From the NCBI RefSeq assembly GCF_902713615.1, contig NC_052176.1, positions 3,472,001 to 3,536,000 of the forward strand: 64,000 nucleotides of DNA, read 5' to 3'. This document shows positions 1-13,939 of the stretch, piece after piece. The stretch comes from Scyliorhinus canicula (lineage: Eukaryota). The number at the start of each line of letters is the position of its first letter. The stretch's first letter is position 1. The notes beneath the pieces are model-generated. The model was given only the letters and a program-made list of their open reading frames with translations, ran no database searches and was not told where the DNA came from. A program made the position numbers and the translations under genes.

Positions 1-48
1 AAGCCGGCCAACCTCGACGCCGCCCTGGCGGTGCTGCGGAGGGAGATG
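1..48 (+). CDS. FAM89B: FAM89B, 3' end of first coding exon (5'-truncated by window)
   Basis: Frame 1 reads KPANLDAALAVLRREM, then a GTAAG donor at 49 (phase 0). Matches the FAM89/LURAP motif 'PNLDxALxxLRKEM|VGLRQLD'. Confidence 0.9.
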
Positions 49-344
49 GTAAGCTTGGCGGACGCCCCCCTTCGACCTCCCCACTTGTGCCCCCCTCCGT
101 CCGCCCCACCCCCATCGTCACGCCAGCCCGTACGGCGGGTGGTCCGCATGCCGGCGCACAATGCGGGCCATCGCCCGCTCTCCTTCGGAGTCGCGAAGGA
201 GCGGGGTTTTTGAACCGTGCCCCCTACCTCCAGGGAGCCGAGCGCTTAACCCCGACTAATGCTCCCGCTCACCGGTACCAAGGAGGCGCCACCTCTCGGA
301 GGGGACGTCAAATCGAGTCACTCCTCCCCCTTCCACCTGCCCTA

Positions 345-1520
345 TCACAGTGGAGTGTCGTGCCTTCACAGCGCCAGGGTCCCGGGTTCGATTCCCGGCT
401 TGGGTCACTGTCTGTGCGGAGTCTGCACGTTCTCCCCCCACCGTGTCTGCGTGGGTTTCCTCCGGGTGCTCCGGTTTCCTCCCACAGTCCAAAGATGTGC
501 AGGTTAGGTGGATTGTCCGTGCTAAATTGTCCCATAGTGTCCAAAGATGTGGAGGTTAGGTGGATTGGCCGTGCTAAATTGCCCCTTAGTGTCCAAAGAT
601 GTGGAGGTTAGGTGGATTGGCCGTGCTAAATTGCCCCTTAGTGTCCAAAGATGTGGCGGCTAGATGGATTGGCCATGCTAAACTGTCCCTTAGTGCCCAA
701 AGATGTGCAGGTTAGGTGGCTTGGCCGTGCTAAATTGCCCCTTAGTGTCCAAAGATATGCAGGTTAGGTGGATTGGCCATGCTAAATTGCCCCTTAGTGT
801 CCAAAGATATGCAGGTTAGGTGGATTGGCCGTGCTAAATTGCCCCTTAGTGTCCAAAGATGTGCAGGTTGGGTGGATCGGCCGTGCTAAACTGTCCCTTC
901 GTGTCCAAAGATGTGGAGGTTAGGTGGATTGGCCGTGCTAAACTGTCCCTTAGTGTCCAAAGATGTGCAGGTTAGGTGGATTGGCCGTGCTAAACTGTCC
1001 CTTAGTGTCCAAAGATGTGCAGGTTAGGTGGATTAGCCGTGCTAAATTGCCCCTTAGTGTCCAAAGATGTACAGGTTAGGTGGATTGGCCGTGCTAAATT
1101 GCCCCTTAGTGTCCAAAGATGTGCAGGTTAGGTGGATTGGCCGTGCTAAATTGCCCCTTAGTGTCCAAAGATGTGCAGGTTAGGTGGATTGGCCGTGCTA
1201 AATTGCCCCTTAGTGTCCAAAGATATGCAGGTTAGGTGGATTGGCCGTGCTAAATTGCCCCTTAGTGTCCAAAGATGTGCAGGTTAGGTGGATTGACCGT
1301 GCTAAATTGTCCCTTAGTGTCCAAAGATGTGCAGGTTAGGTGGATTGACCGTGCTAAATTGTCCCCTAGTGCCCAAAGATATGCAGGTTAGGTAGGGTTG
1401 CGGGGATGGGGGGGGAGGAGGGGGGCACATGTAGGGTGCTCTCTCTGAGGGTCGGTGCAGACACGATGGGCCGAATGGCTCCTTCTGCACTGAAGGGATT
1501 CAGTGATTCTATTCTATGAT
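345..1520 (+). mobile_element. HE1/V-SINE with internal 52-bp tandem expansion
   Basis: tRNA-like head (GGTTCGATTCC B box), V-domain GGGTTTCCTCCGGGTGCTCCGGTTTCCTCCCAC, CR1-type tail GATGGGCCGAATGG. Confidence 0.85.
487..1395 (+). repeat. 52-bp minisatellite, about 17 copies
   Basis: Unit GTCCAAAGATGTGCAGGTTAGGTGGATTGGCCGTGCTAAATTGCCCCTTAGT at 487, 539, 591 and onward. Confidence 0.95.
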
Positions 1521-1819
1521 TCCAAAGCTGGGCTCATTCTTCGCTAGTCCCCGGTGCCAAACCAGTCGACCCCCGGCCAGTTACCTTGCTGCTGTTTAAT
1601 GTGATCTTGCTGTGCGTAAATTGAGGCTCCCACTCCCCCCCATCCCCAGTGTGTGTGAGGGCGTCACACTACACCTGGTTAAGGGTGTCTTGCTACGCCT
1701 GGTGAGACCCCACCCGGAGTATTGCCTGCTGGTTTGGACCTCCTTACCTGAGAGAGAATTTACTTGCCGCAGAAGGAGTTCAGCGATAGCTGACCAGACT
1801 GGTTCCTGGGGTGGCAGGA

Positions 1820-2540
1820 TTCATAGAATCTACAGTGCAGAAGGAGGCCGTTCAGCCCATCGAGTCTGCCCCGGCCCTTGGCAAGAGCACCCCAGTTAAG
1901 CCCAACCCTATCCCCATAACCCAGTAACCCCACCTCACCTTTTTAAACATTGAGGGACAATTTAGCATGGCCAATCCACCTAACCGGCACATCTTTGGAC
2001 TTGTGGGAGGAAACCGGAGCACCCGGAGGAAACCCACGCAGACACGGAGAGGGGTGGGGGGGGGGGGGGGGGGGGAACCAAGCTGACAGGGCAGCACGGT
2101 ATCATAGTGGACAGCACAATTGCTTCACAGCTCCAGGGTCCCAGTTCGATTCCAGCTTGGGTCACTGTCTGTGCGGAGTCTGCACGTCCTCCCCGTGTGT
2201 CTGCGTGGGTTTCCTCCGGGGGCTCCGGTTTCCTCCCACAGTCCAAATTTGTGCAGGATTGGCCATGCTAAATTGCCCCTTAGTGCCCAAAATTGCCCTT
2301 AGTGTTGGGTGGGGTTACTGGGTTATGGGGATGGGGTGGAGGTGTTGACCTTGGGTAGGGTGCTCTTTCCAAGAGCCGGTGCAGACTCGATGGGCCGAAT
2401 GGCCTCCTTTTGCACTGTAAATTCTATGAAATTAATACTTGTTAAAAAATTTAGAGTACCCAATTCATTTACCAATTAAGGGGCAATTTAGCGTAGCCAA
2501 TCCACCTACCCTGCACATCTTTGGGTTGTGGAGGGGTGAG
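1820..2540. mobile_element. HE1/V-SINE cluster (minus 1820-2048, plus 2089-2430, minus fragment 2440-2540)
   Basis: V-domain and tail motifs in both orientations. Confidence 0.8.
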
Positions 2541-3700
2541 ACTAAATTTGCAGATGATACAAAGATCTGCAGAGGGACAGGTAGTATTGAGGAAGCAAGG
2601 GGGCTGCAGAAGGATTTGGACAAGCTAGGAGAGCGGGCAATGAAGTGGCAGATGGAATACAATATGGAAAAGTGTGAGGTTATGCACTTTGGAAGGAGGA
2701 ATGGAGGCATAGACTATTTTCTAAATGGGGAAATGCTTCGGAAAGCAGAAGCACAAAGGGACTTGGGAGTCCTTGTTCACGATTCTCTTAAGGTTAACGT
2801 GCAGGTTCAATCGGCAGTTAGGAAGGCAAATGCAATGTTAGCATTCATGTCGAGAGGGCTAGAATACAGGGCCGGGGATGTACTTCTGAGGCTGTATAAG
2901 GCTCTGGTCAGACCCCATTTGGGGTATTGTGAGCAGTTTTGGGCCCCGTATCTAAGGAAGGATGTGCTGGGGCCTTGGAAAGGGTCCAGAGGAGATTCAC
3001 AACAATGATCCCCGGAATGAAGAGCTTGTCGTATGAGGGACGGTTGAGGACTCTGGGTCTGTTCTCGTTGGAGTTTAGAAGGATGGGGGGGGGGGATCTT
3101 ATTGAAACTTACAGGATACTGCAAGGCCTGGATAGAGTGGACGTGGAGAGGATGTTTCCACTTGTAGGAGAAACTAGAACCAGAGGACACCATCTCAGAC
3201 TAAAGGGACGATCCTTTAAAACAGAGATGAGGAGGAATTTCTTCAGCCAGAGGGGGGTGAATCTGTGGAACTCTTTGCCGCAGAAGGCTGTGGAGGCCAA
3301 ATCACTGAGTGTCTTTTTTTTTAAATTTAGATTAGCCAATTATTTTTTCCAATTAAGGGGCAATTTAGCGTGGCCAATCCACCTACTCTGCACATTTTTG
3401 GGTTGTGGGGGCGAAACCCACGCAGACACGGGGAGAATGTGCAAACTCCACACGGACAGTGACCCAGAGCCGGGATCGAACCTGGGACCTCAGCGCCGTG
3501 AGGCGGTTGTGCTAACCACTAGGCCACCGTGCTGCCCTCTGAGTGTCTTTAAGACAGAGATAGATAGGTTCCTGATTAATAAGGGGATGAGGGGTTATGG
3601 GGAGAAGGCAGGAGAATGGGGATGAGAACAATATCAGCCATGATTGAATGGCGGAGCAGACTCGATGGGCCGAGTGGCCTATTTCTGCTCCCATGTCACG
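2540..3700 (+). mobile_element. 5'-truncated CR1 LINE (RT C-terminus and 3' UTR), interrupted by a SINE
   Basis: KFADDTKI, WQMEYNMEKCEVMHFG, LYKALVRPHL, LERVQRRFT, RNFFSQR..NLWNSLP; frameshifted. Confidence 0.92.
3314..3538 (-). mobile_element. Short-tailed HE1-like SINE inserted in CR1
   Basis: Flanked by target-site duplication CTGAGTGTCTTT (3305-3316 and 3539-3550). Confidence 0.85.
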
Positions 3701-4360
3701 GTCCTATGGACACGGGGAGAGCGTCAAACTCACACGGGCTGTGACCCTGGGCCAGGGTCGAACCCGGGACCTCGGCACCGTGAGGCAGCAGTGCTAACCA
3801 CTGCTCCCACGCCGGGGACTCCGTAATGCTGTAACCCAGTAACAAGGCGACTCCGCTATTGAAACCCGGATCCGATTGGGAGCCGACGGTGCGGAGGGAG
3901 TGCAAGGGATGGGAAGACACACGTTATGATCAGACGGTAGGGCCACTCGGCCCCTCGGACTTGCCCTGTGTGTGGCCTCAACTCCACTCTCCTACTTCCC
4001 CCCCGCCCCCCCCCAGCCCATAACCCTCGACTCCCCCTCGTCTGTCAATAATCTGTCTAACGCAGCCTCGAATGTATTCAACGATCTCTGGGGAAGAAAG
4101 TTCCACTGACTCACGACCCTCAGGCGAAAAGATTCCTCCTCATCTCCGTCTTAAATGGGTGACCCCCTCATTTTGAAACTTTGCCCCCCCCCCCCCCCCC
4201 CCATAGTTTCAGACACCCCGACATTCTCGAACGGCCAATACTTCCGCCTTTCCACCCGACTCAAGGGAACAACACGGTGTGGAACAACAGCAAGGCTGCC
4301 GCCCCTACAGGCACAGGGTGGGGCGTTTATTAACAGGTTGTACCTCGTGACACAGGTTCT

Positions 4361-4540
4361 GAAATGAAATGAAATGAAAATGGCTTATTGGCACGAGTAG
4401 GCTTCAATGAAGTTACCGTGAAAAGCCCCTAGTCGCCACATTCCGGCGCCTGTCCAGGGAGGCTGGTACGGGAATCGAACCCCTGCTGCTGGCCTGCTTT
4501 CAAAGCCAGCGATTTAGCCCAGTGTGCTAAACCAGCCCCA
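4361..4540 (-). mobile_element. Short tRNA-headed SINE without V-domain, (TTTCA)n tail
   Basis: GGGCTGGTTTAGCAC...GGTTCGATTCCCGTACCAGCC...GGAATGTGGCGACTAGGGGC. Other copies at 25326, 28517, 45253 and 49570. Confidence 0.75.
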
Positions 4541-4666
4541 GGTTCCGGGCTAGATCGGCAGCAAGATTTCCATTCTTTGCGATGCTTGGGAGCGGTTATT
4601 GCTCACGTCTCCTCCGCGTCCAGTCCCTGGCGCGTTTTTCCCGATGTGGCCACATCCTGGGCACGC

Positions 4667-7600
4667 ACGGGTCCCACACACATTGACTCTCACTGGGGTC
4701 CCACACTCACTGACTCTCACTGGGGTCCCACACACACTGACTCTCACTGGGGTACGGGTCCCACACACACTGACTCTCACTGGGGTACGGGTCCCACACA
4801 CACTGACTCTCACTGGGGCACGGGTCCCACACACACTGACTCTCACTGGGATACGGGTCCCACACACACTGACTCTCACTGGGGCACGGGTCCCACACAC
4901 ACTGACTCTCACTGGGGTACGGGTCCCACACACACTGACTCTCACTGGGGTAGGGGTCCCACACACACTGACTCTCACTGGGGTAGGGGTCCCACACACA
5001 CTGACTCTCACTGGGGTACGGGTCCCACACACACTGACTCTCACTGGGGTACGGGTCCCACACACACTGACTCTCACTGGGGTAGGGGTCCCACACACAC
5101 TGACTCTCACTGGGGTACGGGTCCCACACACACTGACTCTCACTGGGGTACGGGTCCCACTCACACTGACACTCACTGGGGTACGGGTCCCACACACACT
5201 GACTCTCACTGGGGTACGGGTCCCACACACACTGACTCTCACTGGGGTACGGGTCCCACACACACTGACTCTCACTGGGGTACGTGTCCCACACACACTG
5301 ACTCTCACTGGGGTACGGGTCCCACACACACTGACTCTCACTGGGGTAGGGGTCCCACACACACTGACTCTCACGGGTACGGGTCCCACACACACTGACT
5401 CTCACTGGGGTACGGGTCCCACGCACACTGACTCTCACTGGGGCCCCACACACACTGACTCTCACTGGGGTAGGGGTCCCACACACACTGACTCTCACTG
5501 GGGTACGGGTCCCACACACACTGACTCTCACTGGGGTACGGGTCCCACACACACTGACTCTCACTGGGGTGCGGGTTCCACACACACTGACTCTCACTGG
5601 GGTAGGGGTCCCACACACACTGACTCTCACTGGGGTACGGGTCCCACACACACTGACTCTCACTGGGGTGCGGGTCCCACACACACTGACTCTCACTGGG
5701 GTACGGGCCCCACACACACTGACTCTCACTGGGGTACGGGTCCCACACACACTTGACTCTCACTGGGGTAGGGGTCCCACACACACTGACTCTCACTGGG
5801 GTACGGGTCCCACACACACTGACTCTCACTGGGGTCCCACACACACTGACTCTCACTGGGGTACGGGTCCCACACACACTGACTCTCACTGGGGTCCCAC
5901 ACACACTGACTCTCACTGGGATAGGGGTCCCACACACACTCACTCTCACTGGGGTATGGGTCCCACACACACTGACTCTCACTGGAGTACGGGTCCCACA
6001 CACACTGACTCTCACTGGGGTACGGGTCCCACACACACTGACTCTCACTGGGGTCCCACACACACTGACTCTCACTGGGGTACAGGCCCCACACACACTG
6101 ACTCTCACTGGGGTACGGGTCCCACACACACTGACTCTCACTGGGGTACGGGTCCCACACACACTGACTCTCACTGGGGTACGGGTCCCACACACACTGA
6201 CTCTCACTGGGGTCCCACACACACTGACTCTCACTGGGATACGGGTCCCACACACACTGACTCTCACTGGGGTAGGGGTCCCACACACACTGACTCTCAC
6301 TGGGGTACGGGTCCCACACACACTGACTCTCACTGGGGTACGGGTCCTACACACACTGACTCTCACTGGGGTACTGGTCCCACACACACTGACTCTCACT
6401 GGGGTACGGGTCCCACACACACTGACTCTCACTGGGGTACGGGTCCCACACACACTGACTCTCACTGGGGTACGGGTCCCACACACACTGACTCTCACTG
6501 GGGTACGGGACCCACACACACTGACTCTCACTGGGGTACGGGTCCCACACACACTTGACTCTCACTGGGGTAGGTGTCCCACACACACTCACTCTCACTG
6601 GGATAGGGGTCCCACACACACTCACTCTCACTGGGGTATGGGTCCCACACACACTGACTCTCACTGGGGTACGGGTCCCACACACACTGACTCTCACTGG
6701 GGTACGGGTCCCACACACACTGACTCTCACTGGGGTCCCACACACACTGACTCTCACTGGGGTACGGGTCCCACACACACTGACTCTCACTGGGGTAGGG
6801 GTCCCACACACACTGACTCTCACTGGGGTAGGGGTCCCACAAACACTGACTCTCACTGGGGTCCCACACACACTGACTCTCACTGGGGTAGGGGTCCCAC
6901 ACACACTGACTCTCACTGGGGTAGGGGTCCCACACACACTGACTCTCACTGGGGTAGGGGTCCCACACACACTGACTCTCACTGGGGTCCCACACACACT
7001 GACTCTCACTGGGGTACGGGTCCCACACACACTGACTCTCACTGGGGTAGGGGTCCCACACACACTGACTCTCACTGGGGTAGGGGTCCCACAAACACTG
7101 ACTCTCACTGGGGTCCCACACACACTGACTCTCACTGGGGTAGGGGTCCCACACACACTGACTCTCACTGGGGTACGGGTCCCACACACACTGACTCTCA
7201 CTGGGGTACGGGTCCCACACACACTGACTCTCACTGGGGTACGGGTCCCACACACACTGACTCTCACTGGGGTCCCACACACACTGACTCTCACTGGGGT
7301 ACGGGTTCCACACACACTGACTCTCACTGGGGTCCCACACACACTGACTCTCACTGGGGTATGGGTCCCACACACACTGACTCTCACTGGGGTACGGGTC
7401 CCACACACACTGACTCTCACTGGGGTGCGGGTTCCACACACACTGACTCTCACTGGGGTAGGGGTCCCACACACACTGACTCTCACTGGGGTACGGGTCC
7501 CACACACACTGACTCTCACTGGGGTGCGGGTCCCACACACACTGACTCTCACTGGGGTACGGGCCCCACACACACTGACTCTCACTGGGGTACGGGTCCC

Positions 7601-8508
7601 ACACACACTTGACTCTCACTGGGGTAGGGGTCCCACACACACTGACTCTCACTGGGGTACGGGTCCCACACACACTGACTCTCACTGGGGTCCCACACAC
7701 ACTGACTCTCACTGGGGTATGGGTCCCACACACACTGACTCTCACTGGAGTACGGGTCCCACACACACTGACTCTCACTGGGGTACGGGTCCCACACACA
7801 CTGACTCTCACTGGGGTCCCACACACACTGACTCTCACTGGGGTACAGGCCCCACACACACTGACTCTCACTGGGGTACGGGTCCCACGCACACTGACTC
7901 TCACTGGGGTACGGGTCCCACACACACTGACTCTCACTGGGGTACGGGTCCCACACACACTGACTCTCACTGGGGTCCCACACACACTGACTCTCACTGG
8001 GATACGGGTCCCACACACACTGACTCTCACTGGGGTAGGGGTCCCACACACACTGACTCTCACTGGGGTACGGGTCCCACACACACTGACTCTCACTGGG
8101 GTACGGGTCCTACACACACTGACTCTCACTGGGGTACTGGTCCCACACACACTGACTCTCACTGGGGTACGGGTCCCACACACACTGACTCTCACTGGGG
8201 TACGGGTCCCACACACACTGACTCTCACTGGGGTACGGGTCCCACACACACTGACTCTCACTGGGGTACGGGACCCACACACACTGACTCTCACTGGGGT
8301 ACGGGTCCCACACACACTGACTCTCACTGGGGTCCCACACACACTGACTCTCACTGGGGTACGGGTCCCACACACACTGACTCTCACTGGGGTCCCACAC
8401 ACACTGACTCTCACTGGGGTACGGGTCCCACACACACTGACTCTCACTGGGGTCCCACACACACTGACTCTCACTGGGGTAGGGGTCCCACACACACTGA
8501 CTCTCACT
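4667..8508 (+). repeat. 33/27-bp minisatellite, about 120 copies, in FAM89B intron
   Basis: Unit GGGGTACGGGTCCCACACACACTGACTCTCACT; a variant lacks 6 bp. Confidence 0.97.
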
Positions 8509-8842
8509 GAGTTAGGGGTTAGACTAACGCACAAACATCCCCGTCACAAATACATGAGCCAAACAGTAGGCCCGGAATAAAGAAAGCACGGTTTGAGTAC
8601 TGTTTAAGAATCTTTGCCAGTCCCGGCTTTGTGTGGGTTAGCCTGTGCCGTGAAGGAGCACCTTGTTTGTCTCTTTCGGAGTTAGCAGCTGGAGATGTTT
8701 GGATGAAAGGTGGAGATTAGGCCCCTGCAGACTCTCAAGCATAGATGTCCCTGTTAAACGCAGTCCCTCAAGCTGTGCCTGTGTTTACCTCACGTGAGGC
8801 CTCGAATAACTTTAAACAGCCAGCTGCGGGCAGGCATTGTTG

Positions 8843-9058
8843 TTTTTTTAAAATAAATTTAGATTCATTATTTTTCCAATGAAGGGGGAATTTAGCGTGG
8901 CCAATCCACCTACCCTGCACATCTTTGGGCTGTGGGGGCGAAACCCACGCAGACACGGGGAGAGCGTGCAAATTCCACACGGCCAGAGCCGGGATCGAAC
9001 CTGGGACCTCGGCTCCGTGAGTCTGCAGGGCTAACCCACTGCGCCGCCGTGCTGCCCC
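8843..9058 (-). mobile_element. Short-tailed HE1-like SINE
   Basis: Same head and core as 3314-3538. Confidence 0.8.
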
Positions 9059-9414
9059 AGGCACGCATTGTTAATCTGAGCAATCCCCTCGTTCCCCCTC
9101 CCCTTGCCTCTCTTCCTCACTCCTCACGAGTGAACCCTGCCCCCCCTACAACCCCCCCCCCCCCCCCCCCCCCGGGAACCTTCCTCTCAGACTGGACGCT
9201 GAATGGCGTCCTCCCGTACCCGTGCTGTTAAGAGAGACTCGCACCGTGGGTCACTGCCCTCTACGACCCTACTCCATCACCTCGCTCTTTGCTAGCGGGG
9301 TGCGGACTATTTGATTGCTGGGCGGAGTGGGGGGGGAGGCGGGCGAGTTGGCGCATCTCGTTTGCCTATTCTCAGCTTAATCCGCCCGTTTAAAGGGCTG
9401 GGTTTTGAGGGGAC

Positions 9415-9640
9415 TGATTCTCGCCTCTCTTCCCCCTAACCGCGGGGCCACCAGACATCAATCGGGGGCAGGAATCCGGACCGATTCTCACCCTGACCCT
9501 GGGATCACCGGCCGGCGATCAGGAACAGGAAACCGGACAGATTCTCCCCCTAACCCTGGGATCACCGGACGGCGATCAGGAACAGGAATCCAGACCGATT
9601 CTCCCTCTCTTCCCCCACCCCTCTAACCCTGGGATCTCTG
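9415..9640 (+). repeat. About 57-bp tandem repeat, 3-4 diverged copies
   Basis: GATTCTCCCCCTAACCCTGGGATCACCGG..GGCGATCAGGAACAGGAA recurs. Confidence 0.7.
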
Positions 9641-9721
9641 GACGACTTGACTGTTCTCCCCTCCCCCCCCCCCCCGCCCCCCCATGTCCCAAAAAGACTT
9701 GGAACGCTGGCTGTCTCTCAT

Positions 9722-10378
9722 TTAGATTTAGAATAGTACAGCACAGAACAGGCCCTTCGGCCCTCGATGTTGTGCCGAGCAATGATCACCCCACTCAAAC
9801 TCACGTATCCACCCTATACCCGTAACCCAACAACCCCCCCTTAACCTTACTTTTTGGGACACTACGGGCAATTTAGCATGGCCAATCCACCTAACCCCGC
9901 ACATCTTTGGACTGTGGGAGGAAACTGGAGCACCCGGAGGAAACCCACGCACACACGGGGAGGACGTGCAGACTCCGCACAGACAGTGACCCAGCCGGGA
10001 ACCGAACCTGGGACCCTGGAGCTGTGAAGCATTGATGCTAACCACTATGCTACCGTGCTGCCCCTACTCATTGAATCCCTACAGTGCAGAAAGAGGCCAC
10101 TCAGCCCATCGCTTGGCGCCGACCCTCTGAAGGAACGCCCCACACAGGCCCACGGCCTATCCCCGTAACCCTGCCGAAGCGTTTGGGCACGAAGGGGCAA
10201 TTTATCACGGCCAATCCACCTAACCCGCACATCTTTGGACTTGTGGGGGGGAAACCAGAGCTCCCGGTGGAAACCCACGCAGACACGGGGAGGAGTACAG
10301 ACTCCATGCAGTCACCCGAGGCCAGGATCGAACCCGGGTCCCCGCCGGTGTGAGGGAGCAGTGCTAACCGCCATGCCG
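9722..10378 (-). mobile_element. Two tandem HE1/V-SINEs (9722-10063, 10070-10378)
   Basis: Reverse-complement V-domain and two different CR1-type tails. Confidence 0.85.
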
Positions 10379-10420
10379 ATTATATCTTTTCGCCTGGGCA
10401 CTCAGAGGAAAGAGACATAA

Positions 10421-10807
<387 letters not shown>

Positions 10808-10810
<3 letters not shown>

Positions 10811-11700
10811 CTCGCACACTCCAGCCTAGAGAGAGTGCGGCCTAGCTCGCACACTCCAGCCTAGAGAGAGTGCGGCCTAGCTCGCACACTCCAGCCTAGA
10901 GAGAGTGCGGCCTAGCTCGCACACTCCAGCCCAGAGAGAGTGCGGCCTAGCTCGCACACTCCAGCCTAGAGAGAGTGCGGCCTAGCTCGCACACTCCAGC
11001 CCAGAGACAGTGCGGCCTAGCTCACACACTCCAGCCTAGAGAGAGTGCGGCCTAGCTCGCACATCCAGCCCAGAGAGAGTGCGGCCTAGCTCGCACACTC
11101 CAGCCTAGAGAGAGTGCGGCCTAGCTCGCACACTCCAGCCTAGAGAGAGTGCGGCCTAGCTCGCACATCCAGCCCAGAGAGAGTGCGGCCTAGCTCGCAC
11201 ACTCCAGCCTAGAGAGAGTGCGGCCTAGCTCGCACACTCCAGCCCAGAGACAGTGCGGCCTAGCTCGCACATTCCAGCCTAGAGAGAGTGCGGCCTAGCT
11301 CGCACACTCCAGCCTAGAGAGAGTGCGGCCTAGCTCGCACACTCCAGCCTAGAGAGAGTGCGGCCTAGCTCGCACACTCCAGCCCAGAGAGAGTGCGGCC
11401 TAGCTCGCACACTCCAGCCTAGAGAGAGTGCGGCCTAGCTCGCACACTCCAGCCTAGAGAGAGTGCGGCCTAGCTCGCACACTCCAGCCTAGAGAGAGTG
11501 CGGCCTAGCTCGCACACTCCAGCCCAGAGAGAGTGCGGCCTAGCTCGCACACTCCAGCCTAGAGAGAGTGCAGCCTAGCTCGCACACTCCAGCCGAGAGA
11601 GAGTGCGGCCTAGCTCGCACATTCCAGCCCAGAGAGAGTGCGGCCTAGCTTGCACATCCAGCCCAGAGAGAGTGCGGCCTAGCTCGCACACTCCAGCCTA
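10808..11700 (+). repeat. 35-bp minisatellite, about 25 copies, starting at the FAM89B stop codon
   Basis: Unit TAGCTCGCACACTCCAGCCTAGAGAGAGTGCGGCC. Confidence 0.97.
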
Positions 11701-12059
11701 CACAGAATCGCTCGAGGGGGATGGGGTAGACAGGGGAGGGGGGGTGTGATTGGGGTGGGATTGGTAAGAGGGGAGGAGACGGGGGGGGGGGGGGGGGGGG
11801 GGGTTAAAGTGGGTGGAAGGTTCCAGAGCAGGATCTGGACACTTTGGATCTTATTTCTTCCATTTTTCCAGACAGATATGTTCCCCTGTGCCACTTGCTC
11901 TCTGAGTTTTGACTAACAAACATGCTCCACCCACTGCTTGTGAAATGTTACCAAAGATTCTTCTTTTGTGCTGATGTTCGCCTCCGTATCTCATTTTATT
12001 CACGTCCGTGGTTATGCCAAAATGGAAGCCAATTTGCCTGCACTGAAAATCATAACTTA

Positions 12060-12857
12060 TACCCCCAGTGAGAGTCAGTGTGTGTGGGACCCCAGTGAGA
12101 GTCAGCGTGTGTGGGACCCGTACCCCAGTGAGAGTCAGTGTGTGCGGGACCCCTACCCCAGTGAGAGTCAGTGTGTGTGGGACCCGTACCCCAGTGAGAG
12201 TCAGTGTGTGTGTGGGACCCGTACCCCAGTGAGAGTCAGTGTGTGTGGGAACCGTACCCCAGTGAGAGTCAGTGTGTGCGGGACCCCTACCCCAGTGAGA
12301 GTCAGTGTGTGTGGGACCCGTACCCCAGTGAGAGTCAGTGTGTGTGGAACCCGTACCCCAGTGAGAGTCAGTGTGTGTGGGACCCGTACCCCAGTGAGAG
12401 TCAGTGTGTGCGGGACCCCTACCCCAATGAGAGTCAGTGTGTGTATGGGACCCCTATCCCAGTGAGAGTCAGTGTGTGTGGGACCCCAGTGAGAGTCAGT
12501 GTGTGTGGAACCCGTACCCCAGTGAGAGTCAGTGTGTGTGGGACCCCTACCCCAGTGAGAGTCAGTGTGTGTGGGACCCCAGTGAGAGTCAGTGTGTGTG
12601 GAACCCGTACCCCAGTGAGAGTCAGTGTGTGTGGGACCCCTACCCCAGTGAGAGTCAGTGTGTGTGGAACCCGTACCCCAGTGAGAGTCAGTGTGTGTGG
12701 GACCCGTACCCCAGTGAGAGTCAGTATGTGTGGGTCCCGTACCCCAGTGAGAGTCAGTGTGTGTGGGACCCCTACCCCAGTGAGAGTCAGTGTGTTTGGG
12801 ACCCGTACCCCAGTGAGAGTCAGTGTGTGTGGGGCCCGTACCCCAGTGAGAGTCAGT
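12060..12857 (-). repeat. 33/27-bp minisatellite, same family as 4667-8508, inverted
   Basis: Unit AGTGAGAGTCAGTGTGTGTGGGACCCGTACCCC. Confidence 0.97.
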
Positions 12858-13134
12858 ACCTGATCTAGTATTTCAATGCTCCTGCAGTCTTCAATGTAAT
12901 TTGCTGACAATGAGAATGAGATGATTTCTGTCTCAGAGAACAGCGTGATCGATGTTCATCAGCAAGTCAACAGGGGTTTTTAATATATATTTGATGAAAG
13001 TTGAACTGAGTTCCGTTTCCTTTTACTTTGGCAGACATTTTAAGTTATACGCGTTATTATTTTATCACATTGTAACTATGTCCACTTATTTACAAATACC
13101 TCCTTTGTAAATAATATTTCAAATGCACAGTTTC

Positions 13135-13140
13135 AATAAA
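13135..13140 (+). terminator. Probable FAM89B polyadenylation signal
   Basis: AATAAA at the end of an AU-rich UTR-like stretch (12960-13140), followed by U/GU-rich sequence. Confidence 0.55.
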
Positions 13141-13226
13141 ATTAGTTTGACTCTGCCTCTGTTTTATCCTACCTAATATTTGGGTTCATCAAGTTTCCAA
13201 ATGGACCATTTTACACTCCATATGCC

Positions 13227-13757
13227 TATCAAACACTCCCCGGACGTTACAGCACGGGGTTAGATACAGAGTAAAGCTCCCTCTACACTGTCCCCATCAA
13301 ACACTCCCAGGACAGGTACAGCACGGGGTTAGATACAGAGTAAAGCTCCATCTACACTGTCCCCATCAAATACTCCCAGGGTAGGTACAGCACGGGGTTA
13401 GATACAGAGTAAAGCTTCCTCTACACTGTCCCCATCAAACACTCCCAGGACAGGTACAGCACGGGGTTAGATACAGAGTAAAGCTCCCCCTACACTGTCC
13501 CCATCAAACACTCCCAGGACAGGTACAGCACGGGGTTAGATACAGAGTAAAGCTGCCTCCACACTGTCCCCATCAAACACTCCCAGGACAGGTACAGCAC
13601 GGGGTTAGATACAGAGTAAAGCTCCCTCTACACTGCCCCCATCAAACACTCCCAGGACAGGTACAGCACGGGGTTAGATACAGAGTAAAGCTCCCTCTAC
13701 ACTGTCCCCATCAAACACTCCCAGGACAAGTACAGCACGGGGTTAGATACAGAGTAA
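13227..13757 (+). repeat. 69-bp minisatellite, about 7.5 copies
   Basis: Unit AAACACTCCCAGGACAGGTACAGCACGGGGTTAGATACAGAGTAAAGCTCCCTCTACACTGTCCCCATC. Confidence 0.95.
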
Positions 13758-13939
13758 CAGACGCTGGAAGCAGATACAACAGTAATTTTCAACGCCAATA
13801 CTTGGAAGAGGAGCAATATGGGGAACGGTAAGGGGTCTAATTGGATCATTCTTTCAGGGAGGCTCTGTAAACAGTATGTTGCTTCGGGGGTAGGGGAGTG
13901 GGTTTCCATTTTTAAATTCTCCACCCTCGTTTTCAAATC

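Noticed and set aside
2089-2165. tRNA-like A/B boxes (here and in many other copies)
   Set aside because: These are SINE heads continuing into SINE bodies, with no complete cloverleaf.
4550-8580. Long ORFs (THTDSHWGTGP, CVWDPYPSESQ repeats)
   Set aside because: Translations of a 33-bp intronic minisatellite, open in most frames, with no unique coding flanks.
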